Shown here piece by piece: positions 13,749 through 27,100 of a stretch of 55,524 nucleotides of DNA. This DNA is from Octopus sinensis (taxonomy: Eukaryota). Positions within the stretch are counted from its first letter, which is position 1. Each line of letters opens with the position of its first letter. The translations under genes were made by a program, and so were the position numbers. The DNA is taken from assembly GCF_006345805.1 (NCBI RefSeq), contig NW_021833784.1, forward strand, positions 1 through 55,524, in the 5' to 3' direction. The notes under the pieces are model-generated. The model ran no database searches. It was not told the origin of the DNA and saw nothing but the letters and a program-made list of their open reading frames with translations.

Positions 13749-14565
13749 CATATATATACATATATATATATATCTTAAGCATGTGTATGCATGTGGGCGT
13801 GGGTATGAACAAATATATGATTTCTGAATTTTGACAACCAATTAGCAGAAAATTTATCCTTGACAATTTTATAAAATGCAACAATGGAAATACGTGTAAA
13901 ACTCAAATCAAATTTGAAAATAGCCACAGAGTATTATTAATGTTACAATATAATAACTCTTGGATTATCTTTTGTATTATCTCAACTGCCAAAATAATTT
14001 GTTAGCATGTATCGTTAATTAATTTTCATCGTCTGCAAGGCAAATAGCTATTTAGAAGAAACGCAACTTTGTGTGAAGACAAGATCGTTGGAATCTATCA
14101 TCTCCTGCATCGTACATTGTTTATTGTAATATTTTCTCTCATAACTATTAGTCATAGAGCAGATAATATAAAATTTATGCTCGGAACATAGTATATTTTA
14201 ATAACTCAATCAGAAATACAATGGCACTTACTTTCTTAATGAAATATAGCTGCCATCAATATGGCTGTCCGTCGTCACTTAACAAGCTATAATTAGTTAT
14301 GAAATTCCTCGTAAACTAATGTTTTATCACATTTGAGGGCTAATTAGTCCTCAATATTCAATGTATCAAGATAGAATGGCATTCTTGGGACTGAAACACG
14401 TTGATATCACTAAACAATTAAACTGTTTTCATAGCAAAAGAAATTGGTGTCTCAAGATAATTTTGGGATGGCCATTTAAAAATCCATATTCAAAACTTGT
14501 CTATCATGTCTAGAGTTTATGAAATTGGATTCTCCTTATTTTATGCATATGTTATAATCACTACA

Positions 14566-14830
14566 CGTGGAGGCGCGTAGCTTAGTGGTTAGGGTGTCAG
14601 CAATCATGATCGTAAGATTGTGGTTTCGATTCCTGGACCGGGCGGCGCCTTGTGTTCTTGAGCAAAACACTTCATTTCACTTTGCTCCAGTCCACTCAGC
14701 TGGCAAAAATGAGTAACGCTGCGATGGACTGGCGTTCCGTCCAACTGGGGAACACATACGCCATAGAAACCGGGAAACCGGGCCCATGAGCCTGTCTAGG
14801 CTTTAAAAGGGCGCATTTATTTATTATTTA
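14566..14830 (+). mobile_element. SINE family D (tRNA-like head, CORE-like segment, V-SINE-like domain)
   Basis: A box TAGCTTAGTGG, B box TTCGATTCC, GCTGCGATGGACTGGCG; TSD TTATAATCA(C/A)TACA at 14552-14565 and 14831-14844. Confidence 0.9.
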
Positions 14831-15377
14831 TTATAATCAATACATAGTCTTGATGCTTTGCTTGTAACAAGGTGGTCATAACATTTTATCTATCATATTT
14901 ACTTTTTCAGGTCTTTTGGTAGAATTCCGAAAAGCATCAAAATGTTGTGCATGCGTAATTACCGCATTACTTTCTGCTATGCTTGCCAAAAAAACATTGA
15001 AGGGCCACAGTGATTTGCTTAAATATACAGCCTAACTACAAGTCATATATTTTGTTTGGCAGGGAGGAGATCGAGAAGGAAACTGCGCCCTGCTGATTCG
15101 CTGAGCATATATTGTGCTATGCAAATTACAAGTGTTACCAAATTAATAAAAAAACAAATTTTAAAAAACCATGTCTTTCGCAGTCTCTATTCGATGTGGG
15201 CCCAGAAACCACTTCGCAGATTCTTACGTTTGTTTAACAAAAACAAATTATTTTATGTGGTAGAATCTACTAATATATAATTCTCGTGTGTTTTTGTCCG
15301 TCACAAAGATGACCGACGAAGGAAGGGCTGATGACAAACTGAACGGCGTCTGTGTGTATATGTATAACGAATTGGGT

Positions 15378-15777
15378 ACTCTCTCTTTACTCTTTTACTT
15401 GTTTCAGTCATTTGACTGTGGCCATGCTGGAGCACCGCTTTAGTCGAGCAAATCGACCCCATGACTTATTCTTTGTAAGTCTAGAACTTATTCAGTCGGT
15501 CTCTTTTGCCGAACCGCTAAGTTACGGGGACGTAGCATCGGTTGTCAAGCGATGTTGGTGGGGACAAACACAGACACACAAACACACACACACATACATA
15601 TATACATAAATACAACGGGCTTCTTTCAGTTTCCGTCTACTAAATTCACTCACAAGGCGTTGGTCGGTCCGGGGCTATAGTAGAAAACAGCTGCCCAAGG
15701 TGCTACGCAGTGGGAATGAACCGGGAACCATGTGGCTGGTAAGCAAGCTACTTACCACACAGCTACTCCTACGCCTA
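15378..15777 (-). mobile_element. SINE family A, full length
   Basis: Head, internal microsatellite and tail all present on the minus strand. Confidence 0.92.
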
Positions 15778-15983
15778 TAAGCCACTCCTACATTGGTTCT
15801 TATGATTATGTGAATGTTTGTGCGTGTGTGTGTGTGTGTGTGTGTCTGTGTGTGTGTGTGAGGGATAGTAAAATATATTTATATATCCACCGATGGAAGT
15901 GCGATGGTGAAAATTCAACGGTGACAAAAAATCAGAACTCATTTACACAGACATATATACATATATAAACAGGCACACTTAAA

Positions 15984-16086
15984 GAGGAAGGAAGGAAGGA
16001 AGGAAGGAAAGAAGGAAGGAAGGAAGGAAGGAAGGAAGGAAGGAAGGAAGGAAGGAAGGAAGGAAGGAAGGAAGGAAGGAAGGAAG
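15984..16086 (+). repeat. (GGAA)n microsatellite
   Basis: Direct reading. Confidence 0.97.
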
Positions 16087-16749
16087 CGGGCTGTGATAAA
16101 CTATACAAAACCGCGTTCGCTACAGATTGTGCTACTCATACATATAAATGAATACATACATACATACATACATATATATAACAGGACATGTTTTGGACTC
16201 CTTTGATCTCTTCAGCGAATTAAAGTGTGACAGTTACCGAACAGAAAATCATAGAAGTGTGTAGGATTATTTGTGAACGAAGCGAGTGCAATGTAATAAC
16301 ATATGAGACACCGAATGGGGGAAATGGTTAGATATATCTACAGAAGGATAATTGTTACGTGAGAGCAAATAGTTCATGGAGTAGGTCATGAAATTTTAAT
16401 GAACTAAAATTAATGGTGATAACTTCATATAAATGCAGGGACGGTAAACCTGAAAAATTTAATTAATTAACATTAATTAAATATCGAGAACAATGTCAAG
16501 TGAGTCAATATGAAAGTAATCAAAATTGATTGCATATGAAAGCAATTGCTCTTTAATTAATTTTAACTAGAATTAGTCATTTAGATTGCGATTATTCTCT
16601 TCCCGGTGTAATTTTACTAAATTGAAATGTTTTCGGTAACTTTATCAAATATGAAACACCAACTACACTGTTAAGTGATCGCGCAGATGGTGTACCTGAG
16701 GCTTTTCGTTCAGCCGTGCTTTGTTGTTATCATGCAGCAATGTCTTTCA

Positions 16750-16968
16750 GCAAAACTTTCTCTCACTCATTCCTCTTGTTTCTGTTGTACCTGTATTTGA
16801 AAGGGTCGGTCTTGTCATACACTGTGTCACGCTGAATCTGTCCGCGAACTACGTTAAGGGCACAAGTGTCTGCGGAGTGCTCAGCCACTTGCACGTTAAT
16901 TCCACGAGCAGGCTGTTACGTTGATCGGCACAACTAGAACCCTCGTCGTCGTAACCGACGGAGTGCCA
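16750..16968 (+). mobile_element. SINE-like element: family C central motif with family E tail
   Basis: Starts with AACTTTCTCTCACTC as in family C; tail pieces recur inverted at 7578 and 12120. Confidence 0.7.
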
Positions 16969-18072
16969 TGATATATTACAGGAAAAATCAAAAGCAACCA
17001 TTTGGGTTATCCCAGAAACAGCTGTAAAGACTTCAGTTTCAATTGTTCTAAATGACTTGAGATACTCGTTCTCCCTTAGTTTTCATCTTTCCTCTAATAT
17101 AATATATAAATGCTATACGGAACCCTAACACGGATCCCTACATCCTGCCTTTAGCTGTGATCTTGGAACCTAATGGTCGACCAACTATAGCACTTATCGT
17201 TCAGATCACAAGTGAACAAAACCCCCCATATTCCTTATCAACATATGTATGTGTGCATGTGTGTGTGTGTGCTTATTTTGTTTTTGCTTTGAGTTTTATT
17301 TAAGATTTTCGTAAGAGAGCTGAAGCTAGTCGCTAACAGAGCGACAAGTTTATCTGAGTTAAGAAAATTCCCAGTGCTTATAAATGTGTGGCTGAATAGG
17401 TGTGAATTGGCTGAGCTGTCGATGCACGCAACCAAGTATTTGCTTCTATTCATCTAAAGAAGCTCAGATATTGAAGCGTTAGAAAGCTTTAAAAAATGTC
17501 ACTGTGCTGCTAATACACTTGGAGAACCCGCGTCAGTTTCTTTAAAGGATTGAATTCTCTGTCAGAAGCAAGATGAAGATCGGGTCCGCGTTGCAGTGGC
17601 CCCAGGTTCCTACCGAAAAAAACATTTGGACTATCTATTCCAGAGACCTTATTGTCATTACTTAATTAATTATAGTAATTCTTTATCGATTGTTTTCCTC
17701 TTGGGTCTACGGGCAGCCGTATTATGAATAATAGATTTATTAAAACATTCATACATTCATACACACACACTCACTACCATATGATATGTATGTACAAAGG
17801 TGTATACATACTTTCAGGCATTCATTCACACGCGCGCCCGGAGCACACACACATACTCACACACACATACACACACTCACATACACAAATGAATTATATA
17901 CCAATGAGTTACAAGACTCTCCGTCTACCATATTCATTCACAAGGTATTGATCAACCCACAATATCAAGGACTTTCCAGGTTGTCGAGCTCTAAAATCAG
18001 ACCTGACATCACGTGGTTACATGAATGTCCTTGCTTTGCAGCTCTCCTTACACCTGTATGTATAAATTATAT

Positions 18073-18225
18073 GTGGCTGTGTGTTAAGTAGCTTGCTTCC
18101 CAACCACATGGTTTCGAGTTCAGTCCCACTGCATGGCACCTTGGGCAACTGTCTTCTACTATAACCTCGAGCCGACCAAAGCGTTGTGAGTGGATCTCGT
18201 AGAGGGAAACTGAAAGAAGCCCGTC

Positions 18226-18260
<35 letters not shown>

Positions 18261-18451
18261 AGTATTTTTTGTGTCGCTGTTTGTCCCCTTCCCCGCCATC
18301 GCTTGTCAACCGATATTGTTGTGTTTATTTCCCCATACTAGGCTTATAAAGAATAAGTCCTGGCGTCGCTTTTTTTCTCCTAAAACCCCATCAAGGTGGT
18401 GCTCCAGCATGGCTGCAGTTAGATGACTGAAACAAGTAAGAGAATAAAAGA
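18073..18451 (+). mobile_element. SINE family A with internal deletion
   Basis: Head GTGGCTGTGTGTTAAGTAGCTTG...GTTCAGTCCC, (TA)n, tail. Confidence 0.9.
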
Positions 18452-18655
18452 ACAAAATAAATATAAATCTACACAGAACATTACGTAATATCTGTGTACG
18501 CGTGTGTGTATGTGCGGGCGTGCTAGTTCGAGCGCGCGTTCGTGTGTATTAAGACAATGATACACACAAACATGTATACATATCAACTTATATTCACTAA
18601 ATAACAAACCTTTGGAATGATTTTACTTACCTGTTTTGTTGAGACCAGTTTTGTT

Positions 18656-19095
18656 AAGGCGGCAAGCTGGCAGAGGCGTTAGCGCACCGGGCGAAATAAT
18701 TAGCGGTATTTCGTCTGCCGCTACGTTCTGAGTTCAAATTCCACCGAGGTCGACTTTGCCTTTCATCCTTTCGGGGTCGATTAAATAAGTACCAGTTACG
18801 CATTGGGGTCGATATAATCGACTTAATCCGTTTGTCTGTCCTTGTTTGTCCCCTCTGTGTTTAGCCCTTTGTGGTCAATAAAGAAATAAGAATCGTTAGC
18901 ACACCAGGCGAAATGCTTAGCGGTATTTCGTCTGCCGTTACGTTCTGAGTTCAAATTCCGCCGAGGTCGACTTTGCCTTTCATTCTTTCGGGTCGATAAA
19001 TTAAATACCAGTTACACACTGGGGTCGATGTGATCGACTCAATCCCTTTGTCTGTTCCTTCTATGTTTAACCCCTTATCGGCAATAAAGAAATGA
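18656..19095 (+). mobile_element. Head-to-tail dimer of SINE family B
   Basis: Units 18656-18889 and 18890-19092; a single TSD GTTTTGTTGAGACCA at 18633-18647 and 19096-19110. Confidence 0.92.
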
Positions 19096-19651
19096 GTTTT
19101 GTTGAGACCATTTTGGTTGAATTCTTCTAAGTACTTGAAAAAATAATCTCAAGGAAAGCAATGAGACAGTGTCGCATAATAAACCAAAGTTTTGTTGATG
19201 AAGACTTTTAACGACACCCTGCCAAACACGTAATGTGTACATAAGTAATTAACTATTACAGAAACTTATTAATCACGAAAAGACGTAATTTAATTAAGCG
19301 TATACATTATTCCTGATGAAAGTAATCCTTACGTTATATTATTCGCTAAGGCAAAACAGTAAGACTTGCTTTCGTTTTTAGCTCGTCTTTATGAGGAATA
19401 TTATCGGAGACGTAATATTTTTTTTCCCTAATCTCTGCTTAAAACATTGTTTTTGTTATTTCTCGTGCTGGAAACATTGGAAACAATGAAAGCATCACAA
19501 CTCTAACAAAGATACATAGGAAATGGTTTAGAGAAGGGAAGACAGTTGGTTGCGGGGGTGATGATGAAGGTGCGGTAGGTTGTACAGACGAGGGAGAAGG
19601 TGTTTTGGACAAGAGACAGGATGTCTGGATCCAGTGAAGGTCTAGAATATA

Positions 19652-20650
19652 CAGCGGATGGACAAAATAATGGAAACACCTAGCATCATAGCATCATAAT
19701 TTTGAAGTATCTATAAAACCGTCAAAAGCTTGTTTATTTTTATTTTTTATTTATTATTAGTGTTGCTTAATACGTTTTGCTAAAATTGTTCTTTATTTTC
19801 AGATATCACTAGAAAAAGGTAATCGAAATTAAAATGATAGATCTATCAGACTTTCAAAGAGGTCAAATTGTTGGTGCTCGTATGGCAGGCGCTGGCGTAA
19901 TGAAAACAGCCGAAATGTTTGGTGTATCAAGAAGTAGTCTCGAATGTAGTGAAAGATTTTGAGAAAGAGATAATAAACCTCCTCGTCAAAACAAAACTCC
20001 GGAAGAAAACCAAAACTTTCAGTTGGACTGAATTGTTAGAAAGGATCACAAAAATACAGCTCCCAAAATTACTGCAGAGCTTAATGGCCACCTCGAGAAG
20101 CTAGTTTCCACAAAAACTGTTCGTCTGGCGCTGCACAAAGCCAGATTTCAAAGGAGGGTTGCAATCGGACTCTTGAGCAGTGGAAGAAAGTTATTTTCTC
20201 GGACGAGTCATCCTTTACCTTATTTCCAGCCACCAGCCGAGTATACGTGTGGAGACAGCCAAAAAGAACCATTTGACCCAGACCGCCTTCTTCCAACTGT
20301 TAAACATGGAGAAAGATCTGTGATGATCTAGGGAGGCTATGTCTTGGAAGTCCGCCGGCCCAATGGTTTCCCTTCATAGCAGAATTAATAGTCAAAACTA
20401 TTTAAGCATTTTATCTGAACAAATTCATCCTATGTTTGCGGAACCGTTTTCGGAGAGAAACGCAATCTTTCAGGATGATAATGCACCAATTCACACAGCT
20501 AGAGTTGTTACTGAATAGCACGAGATACATTCTAATGAAGTTGAACATATTATCTGACCACTACAGTCCCCCGATCTCAATATTATTGAACATTTTATGG
20601 TGCATTTTAGAAAAACAAATCAAGAGTCGATATCCCCCACCAGCATCACT
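19652..20650 (+). mobile_element. Tc1-family DNA transposon, defective, right end missing
   Basis: TA|CAGCGGATGGACAAAATAATGGAAACACC left end; ATG 19834 MIDLSDFQRGQIVGARMAG; WKKVIFSDES, PTVKHG, FQDDNAPIH, SPDLNIIEH across frameshifts. Confidence 0.93.
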
Positions 20651-20956
20651 ACAAGCAAACACCTCCTCGTCGAAACAGATGCATAAGTGAAGCAATGCGT
20701 GTTTGATTAACAAGTTCGAATCACGGCATTGTATTTTGGGCATTGAGTCCCAATGCGTGGAATCTCAACAACGTGGGTAAATGGTTTCTACTTTACCATT
20801 GCACCGATCAATGATGTATGAATGGGGTCGGACAACGGAAGGTTAATGTTGAGCATACTCTAGTGGCAGTAACGGGAGAGTTGTGTTACAAAGCAGCGGT
20901 TGCTCTTCTTTTTGACATGCGTGTGTGTGTGTGTGGTGTGTGTGTGTGTGTGTGTG

Positions 20957-21038
<82 letters not shown>

Positions 21039-22532
21039 GTAGCTGTCTGTCTCCTTTTTTCAATAATAATTTGCTACGATTCAGCGCCCAACTTCCTTTT
21101 TAATATATATGTAAACCTAATATGACCAACATAAACAAGAGCATACACTGCTGCACACATCTAAGCTGCACACATCTACACGGAGGTGTAGCAGGTGATG
21201 CAGTAGAGATTTGCTTGAAACTATCAAATGTCGAATATCATTATCAAGATCATCATCATCAAAACCACCACCACAACCGTCGTCGTCATCATCATCATCA
21301 TCATCATCATCCCACTTCAGATTTTCATTCTTTCAGGGTCGATGAAATGCATACTAGTCAAGTACTAGGGGCCAATATTATTGTCTAGCACCATCATTCA
21401 AATTTCAGGCCCTTATTATCTAAGAAACAATAATTAAAATTATCATTATTGCCATATTAATGAATACTGTTTAACTGCTTACGTTTGCAGTCGTTGTCAT
21501 TCTTGATATAAATGTAATTGTCTGCCTTTTATTTCATTTATTTTATCTTTTTCGCCAATCAGATAGTATTTACCCAACCCCTGTTTGTGACTCATTGTAT
21601 CAAATCCTGAAATTTCCCAAATGATATTTCACAAAACACTGTAACAAGAGAAACGTTTTGCTGATTTAATAATCTTGGAATCTCTTGAGACAGTTTTGGC
21701 AGTAATATTCTCTTTCGTTGCGTGCTTTAATTTTCTGAAAATATTTTCTTTTCTAACAGATGAAAATATTCTATATAAAAGAAGACAGATACGAGCTCAT
21801 ATTCACCAATATCAAAACCAATTAAGATTTCAATGTTTTTGAATTAATACATTTCCCCACTTTTTTTTAATGAGAGTAACTGACGTTAAAACACTACAGA
21901 ATATTATTTTCATTAAAAATACATCCGTCAGAGATCTAGATATGATAAGTCATCTATGGTGTGTGAATGATAATCAGAGAAACATTACTGTTATATAGCT
22001 AGGCAGATATATTAAGGCAGAAGATATCAGTTACGTTATAAACTATTAGGATACATTGCTATGAGTTGGGGAAGGGAGATCCCTTGCAATTATATTTTAT
22101 CAAGATAAGAATTCTGCTGAAGGGCGACGAGTTCACTGAAATATTGAGGTGGCTACATTCAGTTTCAATTCGTTCTCACTAATTCTAAGATTTCTCGACC
22201 ACAAACCCGTCTATAGCTTATCCAATTAAAATAAGTTAACAGATAAACAGACAAGCGGGCCGATATATTTGCATGCCCTTATATATACGTATATTTGTGT
22301 GTGTTGTGAGAATAGAGAAGTAGGAGATTTGAAAAATAGATTGGAAATAAGCTCCCAAACAAGAGTTACAGACTCACTTAAAAATATGTACGGACCAAAG
22401 TATAAGCTTTTCATATCAATGATCTATATTCTGCCATCTGTTTTAAATGCATCGCCATCAAAGATATCGGGTTGTAAAACCTTTATCTGACGATTGATAT
22501 GCTTCAGTGTTACGTGTATTTATGTAAAAGTA

Positions 22533-23738
22533 TAAGGGTGGACTAAAAGGTACATAGGCTGATTATGAAGGAGTGACGCTAGAGCAGTAGAATCTTGCAT
22601 GCATTAGTTTCACCCCTTCTTAATGAAAACTATAATTGATTTTTTCCAGGTAAACTGACACCTGACTGTTCAAAGAAGACTTCAAGTGTAACTAGCAGCG
22701 ACTTCTCTAGAAAATAAACGGAATTTGGTATAGGGATGTTATCAAGTGCCTTCAGATAAAAGGGTTTAGCTTCAAAGGGACATTCAGGCTGACATGTTTG
22801 TAACATTGGGCGATAATGTTCCAGCTTTATTAACAGAGCAAAAGTAGGCAACTGAGGAAGGGAAAAACCCGAAGATGACCCAAGTTCGGGACTTCCTACG
22901 ACTCTCACCACCGAGGAAAACAAGGTAATGGATGACAAACAGTTGACTATAAATCAAATAGCCAGTGCTGTTAGCATATCGCATGATAGAGTTGAGAATA
23001 TTCTGCACAATGTACTTGGCATGACGAACGTTTATGCTCGGTGGGTGCAATGTTTTCTGATGCATTATCAAAAGCGCACCAGGGAAAATCTAACATTTCT
23101 TTTAGGCAGATCCAGCTCATTTCTTTGAAAGTTTCCTAACGAAAGATGAGTGCTAGGCTGATTACTTTGAGCCAGAAACAAAGAAACAATCCATGCGGTG
23201 GAAACATCTCTCCTCACAACTTTAGTGAAGGTCATCTGCAGGGAATTTGATGGCCTCAGTTTTGGGGGATTGTGTTTATTAACTGTGTTCAAAAGGGCTA
23301 CACCATATATGGAAACTAGTATACCAACAAACTGAGGCAGTTACGAAAGGCTATCAAGAGTCAACGCCTAGCAAAATTGAGGAAAAGTGTCTTGTTTCAT
23401 AAGGACAATATTTCAGCACACAAGCTCTTGGTCTCAAGGGTTACTGTGCGTGAGTGTGGCTTTTGAATTGGTTCATCGGCCCCATCTGACTATTATCTGT
23501 TCCCCAACAGAAATAAAAATACTTGGCTGGGAACAGGTATCGCAGTGATAATGATGTCATATCTGCTGTTGCTACCAGTTACATTTGGAGTTTTCTTTGA
23601 AGAGGGAGCTAGCAGTTTACCTGGAAAGAAGCAATGCAGTTATAATTAAGAAGAATTGAAATTAGTGCATGCAAGATTCCACAGAAAGAGCGTCACTCCT
23701 CAGCTCAGTCAGCCTATGAACTTTCCAGCCCACCCTCG
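22533..23738 (+). mobile_element. Mariner transposon, defective, with long inverted ends
   Basis: TA flanks; motifs EDDPSSGLP, YARWVQ, EPETKKQSMRW, LFHKDNISAH, PSDYYLFP; 22533-22702 is inverted at 23568-23738. Confidence 0.92.
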
Positions 23739-23913
23739 TATGTGTGCAAGAAAATCTACTTATATAGAGTCAGACTAAAAACGTGGACCTTTGGGGGTAA
23801 AGACATTTTTGGCGTAATGGCAACATCATTTCTCTAAGCAAACAGTCATTAAATAACACCTTCTTTACGAAGCACTACTAGGGATTAATTTGTTCTTGTT
23901 TAGCTTAGATCAT

Positions 23914-24275
23914 GGAGTCAATTTTAGTACATAACCAATTGAAGACTGTATTATCCGTTGTGCCTTTCGGCCTTCCATGTGTGCCGCGGCAAAAGTGAGA
24001 TTTGACAGATAATTTTATACGGGAGTGCTTCACGCAGAAGTTTCCCAAATTAGTTGTTTTCTTCACCGTTTATAGTCCTTCATTATAGTCGAGTATAAAC
24101 GAATGTCAAAAATATGATTTTAATTTCACCGACTATATTTGTTATAACAGGAAAAATGTGTAACGCTGCGATGGACTGGCGTCCCGTCCAGCTGGGGAGC
24201 ACATAGGCCATAGAAACCGGGAAACCGGGCCCATGAGCCTGGCTAGGCTTTAAAAGGGCGCATTTATTTTATATT
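23914..24275 (+). mobile_element. TSD-bounded insert: unknown ~240-bp segment plus SINE family D 3' half
   Basis: TTTAGCTTAGATCAT at 23899-23913 and 24276-24290; 24152-24270 matches 14705-14825. Confidence 0.8.
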
Positions 24276-25551
24276 TTTAGCTTAGATCATCTTTTATGAA
24301 ACAAATGTGTGGGTAACGATAGTCTATCATTGGTCATGTTACCTTTAAAACAAAATTATATGCAGTCCCTGATCTTGTAATATGCGACAGAACTGTATAA
24401 AAACCATGGTTTGTTATCTCGTAATCCTCAGTTAAACTTCTGATCAGAACAATCTGCTTTAATACCAAGTTTCAGTTAGTCATCTCGATCAGCCATGATA
24501 TTTTACCCAAACATCCAGGATAATCGTGAATAGCAACTCAGTTAACTTTTCAATCGTCGACACAAGGTATCTACCCTTAGTTGGGTATTTAATATCTCGA
24601 TTACTTTTTTGCCTTGTACAACAACCTAGACATGGTTTGTAGGATATAAATAATAATATCATCCAATGTATCTTTTGTAGGTCTAAGTCGAATTTTGTTA
24701 AACAAAGTTGAGTTATTTCTTCTCTAAGTAATGTTATGTTCCTAAGCCAACTCCTGTATAAAGTTATGCGCTGACTCCATAATTATCTCATCACTATTTC
24801 AGCGTGAACAGCAAAACAGCCCAGAGATGCCTTTAACACTTTCCGAAATAATTACAATAATATGAGTCATTAACTAATGTTGTTTTTTTTTTCTAATCGC
24901 AATTTCAGTTAGATTTTCTTTTACAAATTTTGCAATTTATAGGCTGATAATACTAATGAAAGTATTCTTATATGGAATACGAATTAGTGATTGGTCTCCA
25001 ATTTGAACAAATAGTATATCTCCATTGAATCTAACAGTTTAACATTCTGCATCTATGCTTCCATAATTTCTCTATCTTTCACCAAATTTGAAGTGGTTGA
25101 TAGCATTATATTTATCAAGACAGCAAGAGGCTTATTAATGAAACTTGCCATGCTTGCTTATTAACTCGCTGTCGTGCTGTGAATGTTATCGCTAAAAGGG
25201 GATTTGGAAATATTTGAAAAACAATAATGAGAGTAATGTTGAATAGGAAAAACAAATAGATAAAAAGAAGGAAAAAGAAACAGATATCCGCAAAGAAGGC
25301 ACATGGGTGGAGAAATGGAATAGATATTTGCTGAGAGAATCCCTCTAGTAATATGAGACCATCACTGAAGGAAGTTGTCTCCATTCTGATAATTGAAGGG
25401 CATCCTAAAAAGGTCACGTATAACTCCAGTAGCATGCCCATCATCACTGATGGAAGGGGGAACATTCTATTCAGCTTTCTAACCCCCTTTCTCTCATAAA
25501 AAAGTCCTTAGGAAAGGAGAGAAGAAGAAGAAGAAGAAGAGAGAGAGATAG

Positions 25552-25585
<34 letters not shown>

Positions 25586-26001
25586 GGAGAGAGGAGGGAG
25601 CGGGTGAGGGATTCACAGACACGTCACCGAATTGCATCTAAAACCCAGATGTCACTTTTGCAAGGCATTCGATCAATCAAGCTAATGGAAAAATTAAAAT
25701 TAATTAAGATTTAGGCTTGTAAAGCTGTAGTGAGTAGCAGCAACATCAGCAGTGACATCATCTGTAGCAGCAGCGGCAGCAGCAACAGCAGCAGCGGTGG
25801 AGGCGGCGGTGGTGGCGGCAATAACAGCCACAATAACAACGGCAATTTTCAATAACGAGAACAAAACCGATGAATAATAACAATATAAACATCGTCGCCA
25901 TCTTCGTCGCCATCATGGCTGTCGCCGTTCTCGTCATCATTGTCACCATTAGCATTCCCTTCATAATCAGCAGAACCACCACAATTATTAAACCACTCTG
26001 T

Positions 26002-26287
26002 CACCACCACCACCACCACCACCACCACCACCACCACCACCACCACCACCACCACCACCACCACCGCCACCACCGCCATCACCACCACCACCACCACCAC
26101 CACCACCATCACCGCCACCACCATCACCACCACCACCACCAAAATCACCACCATCATCAACATGAAAACCACCACCACAACCACCACAACCACCACCACC
26201 AAAATCACCGCCACTACCACTACCACCACCACCACCAATTCCACTAACACCAACTCCACTACCACAGCCACCTTCCATTCCACCCAT

Positions 26288-26315
<28 letters not shown>
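26002..26315 (+). repeat. (CAC)n/(CAT)n low-complexity tract
   Basis: Direct reading; explains the poly-His/Gly/Val/Thr ORFs. Confidence 0.95.
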
Positions 26316-26318
<3 letters not shown>

Positions 26319-27039
26319 TACCTACAGCAATTACCGAACTATGGCCTCCTCCGCCACCACTACTATCATTAGCGTCCCCACAGCATTAGCATCATCCTGA
26401 TCTACGTCAGAAAAATCAGTAGCAGCAGCAGCAAAAACAAATTTAATCATGAATATAATATCCGAAATAGCAGAAACACACCAATAATATGAATAAGACA
26501 ACACCACTTCAAGTGCAGCAGCAGCAGCAGGAGCCGCAGCAGTAGCACCGACATTCTCTTTGTCTTCCTCCTCTTCCTGTTCCTCTTTCTCATTCTCATC
26601 ATCACCCTCCTCCTCAGCATCATTTTCCTTTTTCGTTCCTTCATTTCCCACCCCCCTCTCTTAATTATAACAGCAGTAGCAACAGCGGCAGCATCGCCAG
26701 TTGCAATTAATTAAAACTCCACAACAGCAACAGCAATATCAACACGAGATAATGAGGGAGTTTCTACATGTTCACGCGACTCACCAGAATTAACAACCAA
26801 ATCTCCCAAGCATTAAACACTCCAATACGGAATAAAGGCCACATTGCACCTTATGTCCACGTCTATACAGAACCCGAAGAAAAAAGACTAGGAATTTATA
26901 TTCCATTTCTATCCAACCATTTATTTCATAAAGAAATGTTCTTAGTTCATAAAAGTAAGGCTATCACCGCAGGAGCTTTATTTTGTATGCAGTTTGGTAA
27001 TAGTTTAAACCCCAGATGAGGCTTAGTTTAAGCATTAAA

Positions 27040-27100
27040 CAGTGCTTCCCAAACGGGGTCCATGGTCCACGCAACAAAATAAGAAATTTCTGAGACCTTG
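27040..27100 (+). mobile_element. Possible hAT/Charlie-like MITE left end
   Basis: CAGTGCTTCCCAAAC terminal motif; partner end not found. Confidence 0.35.

Noticed and set aside
25758-26651. Poly-His/Gly/Val/Thr/Glu ORFs resembling a transcription-factor exon
   Set aside because: All frames are readouts of trinucleotide microsatellites; no domain and no convincing splice context
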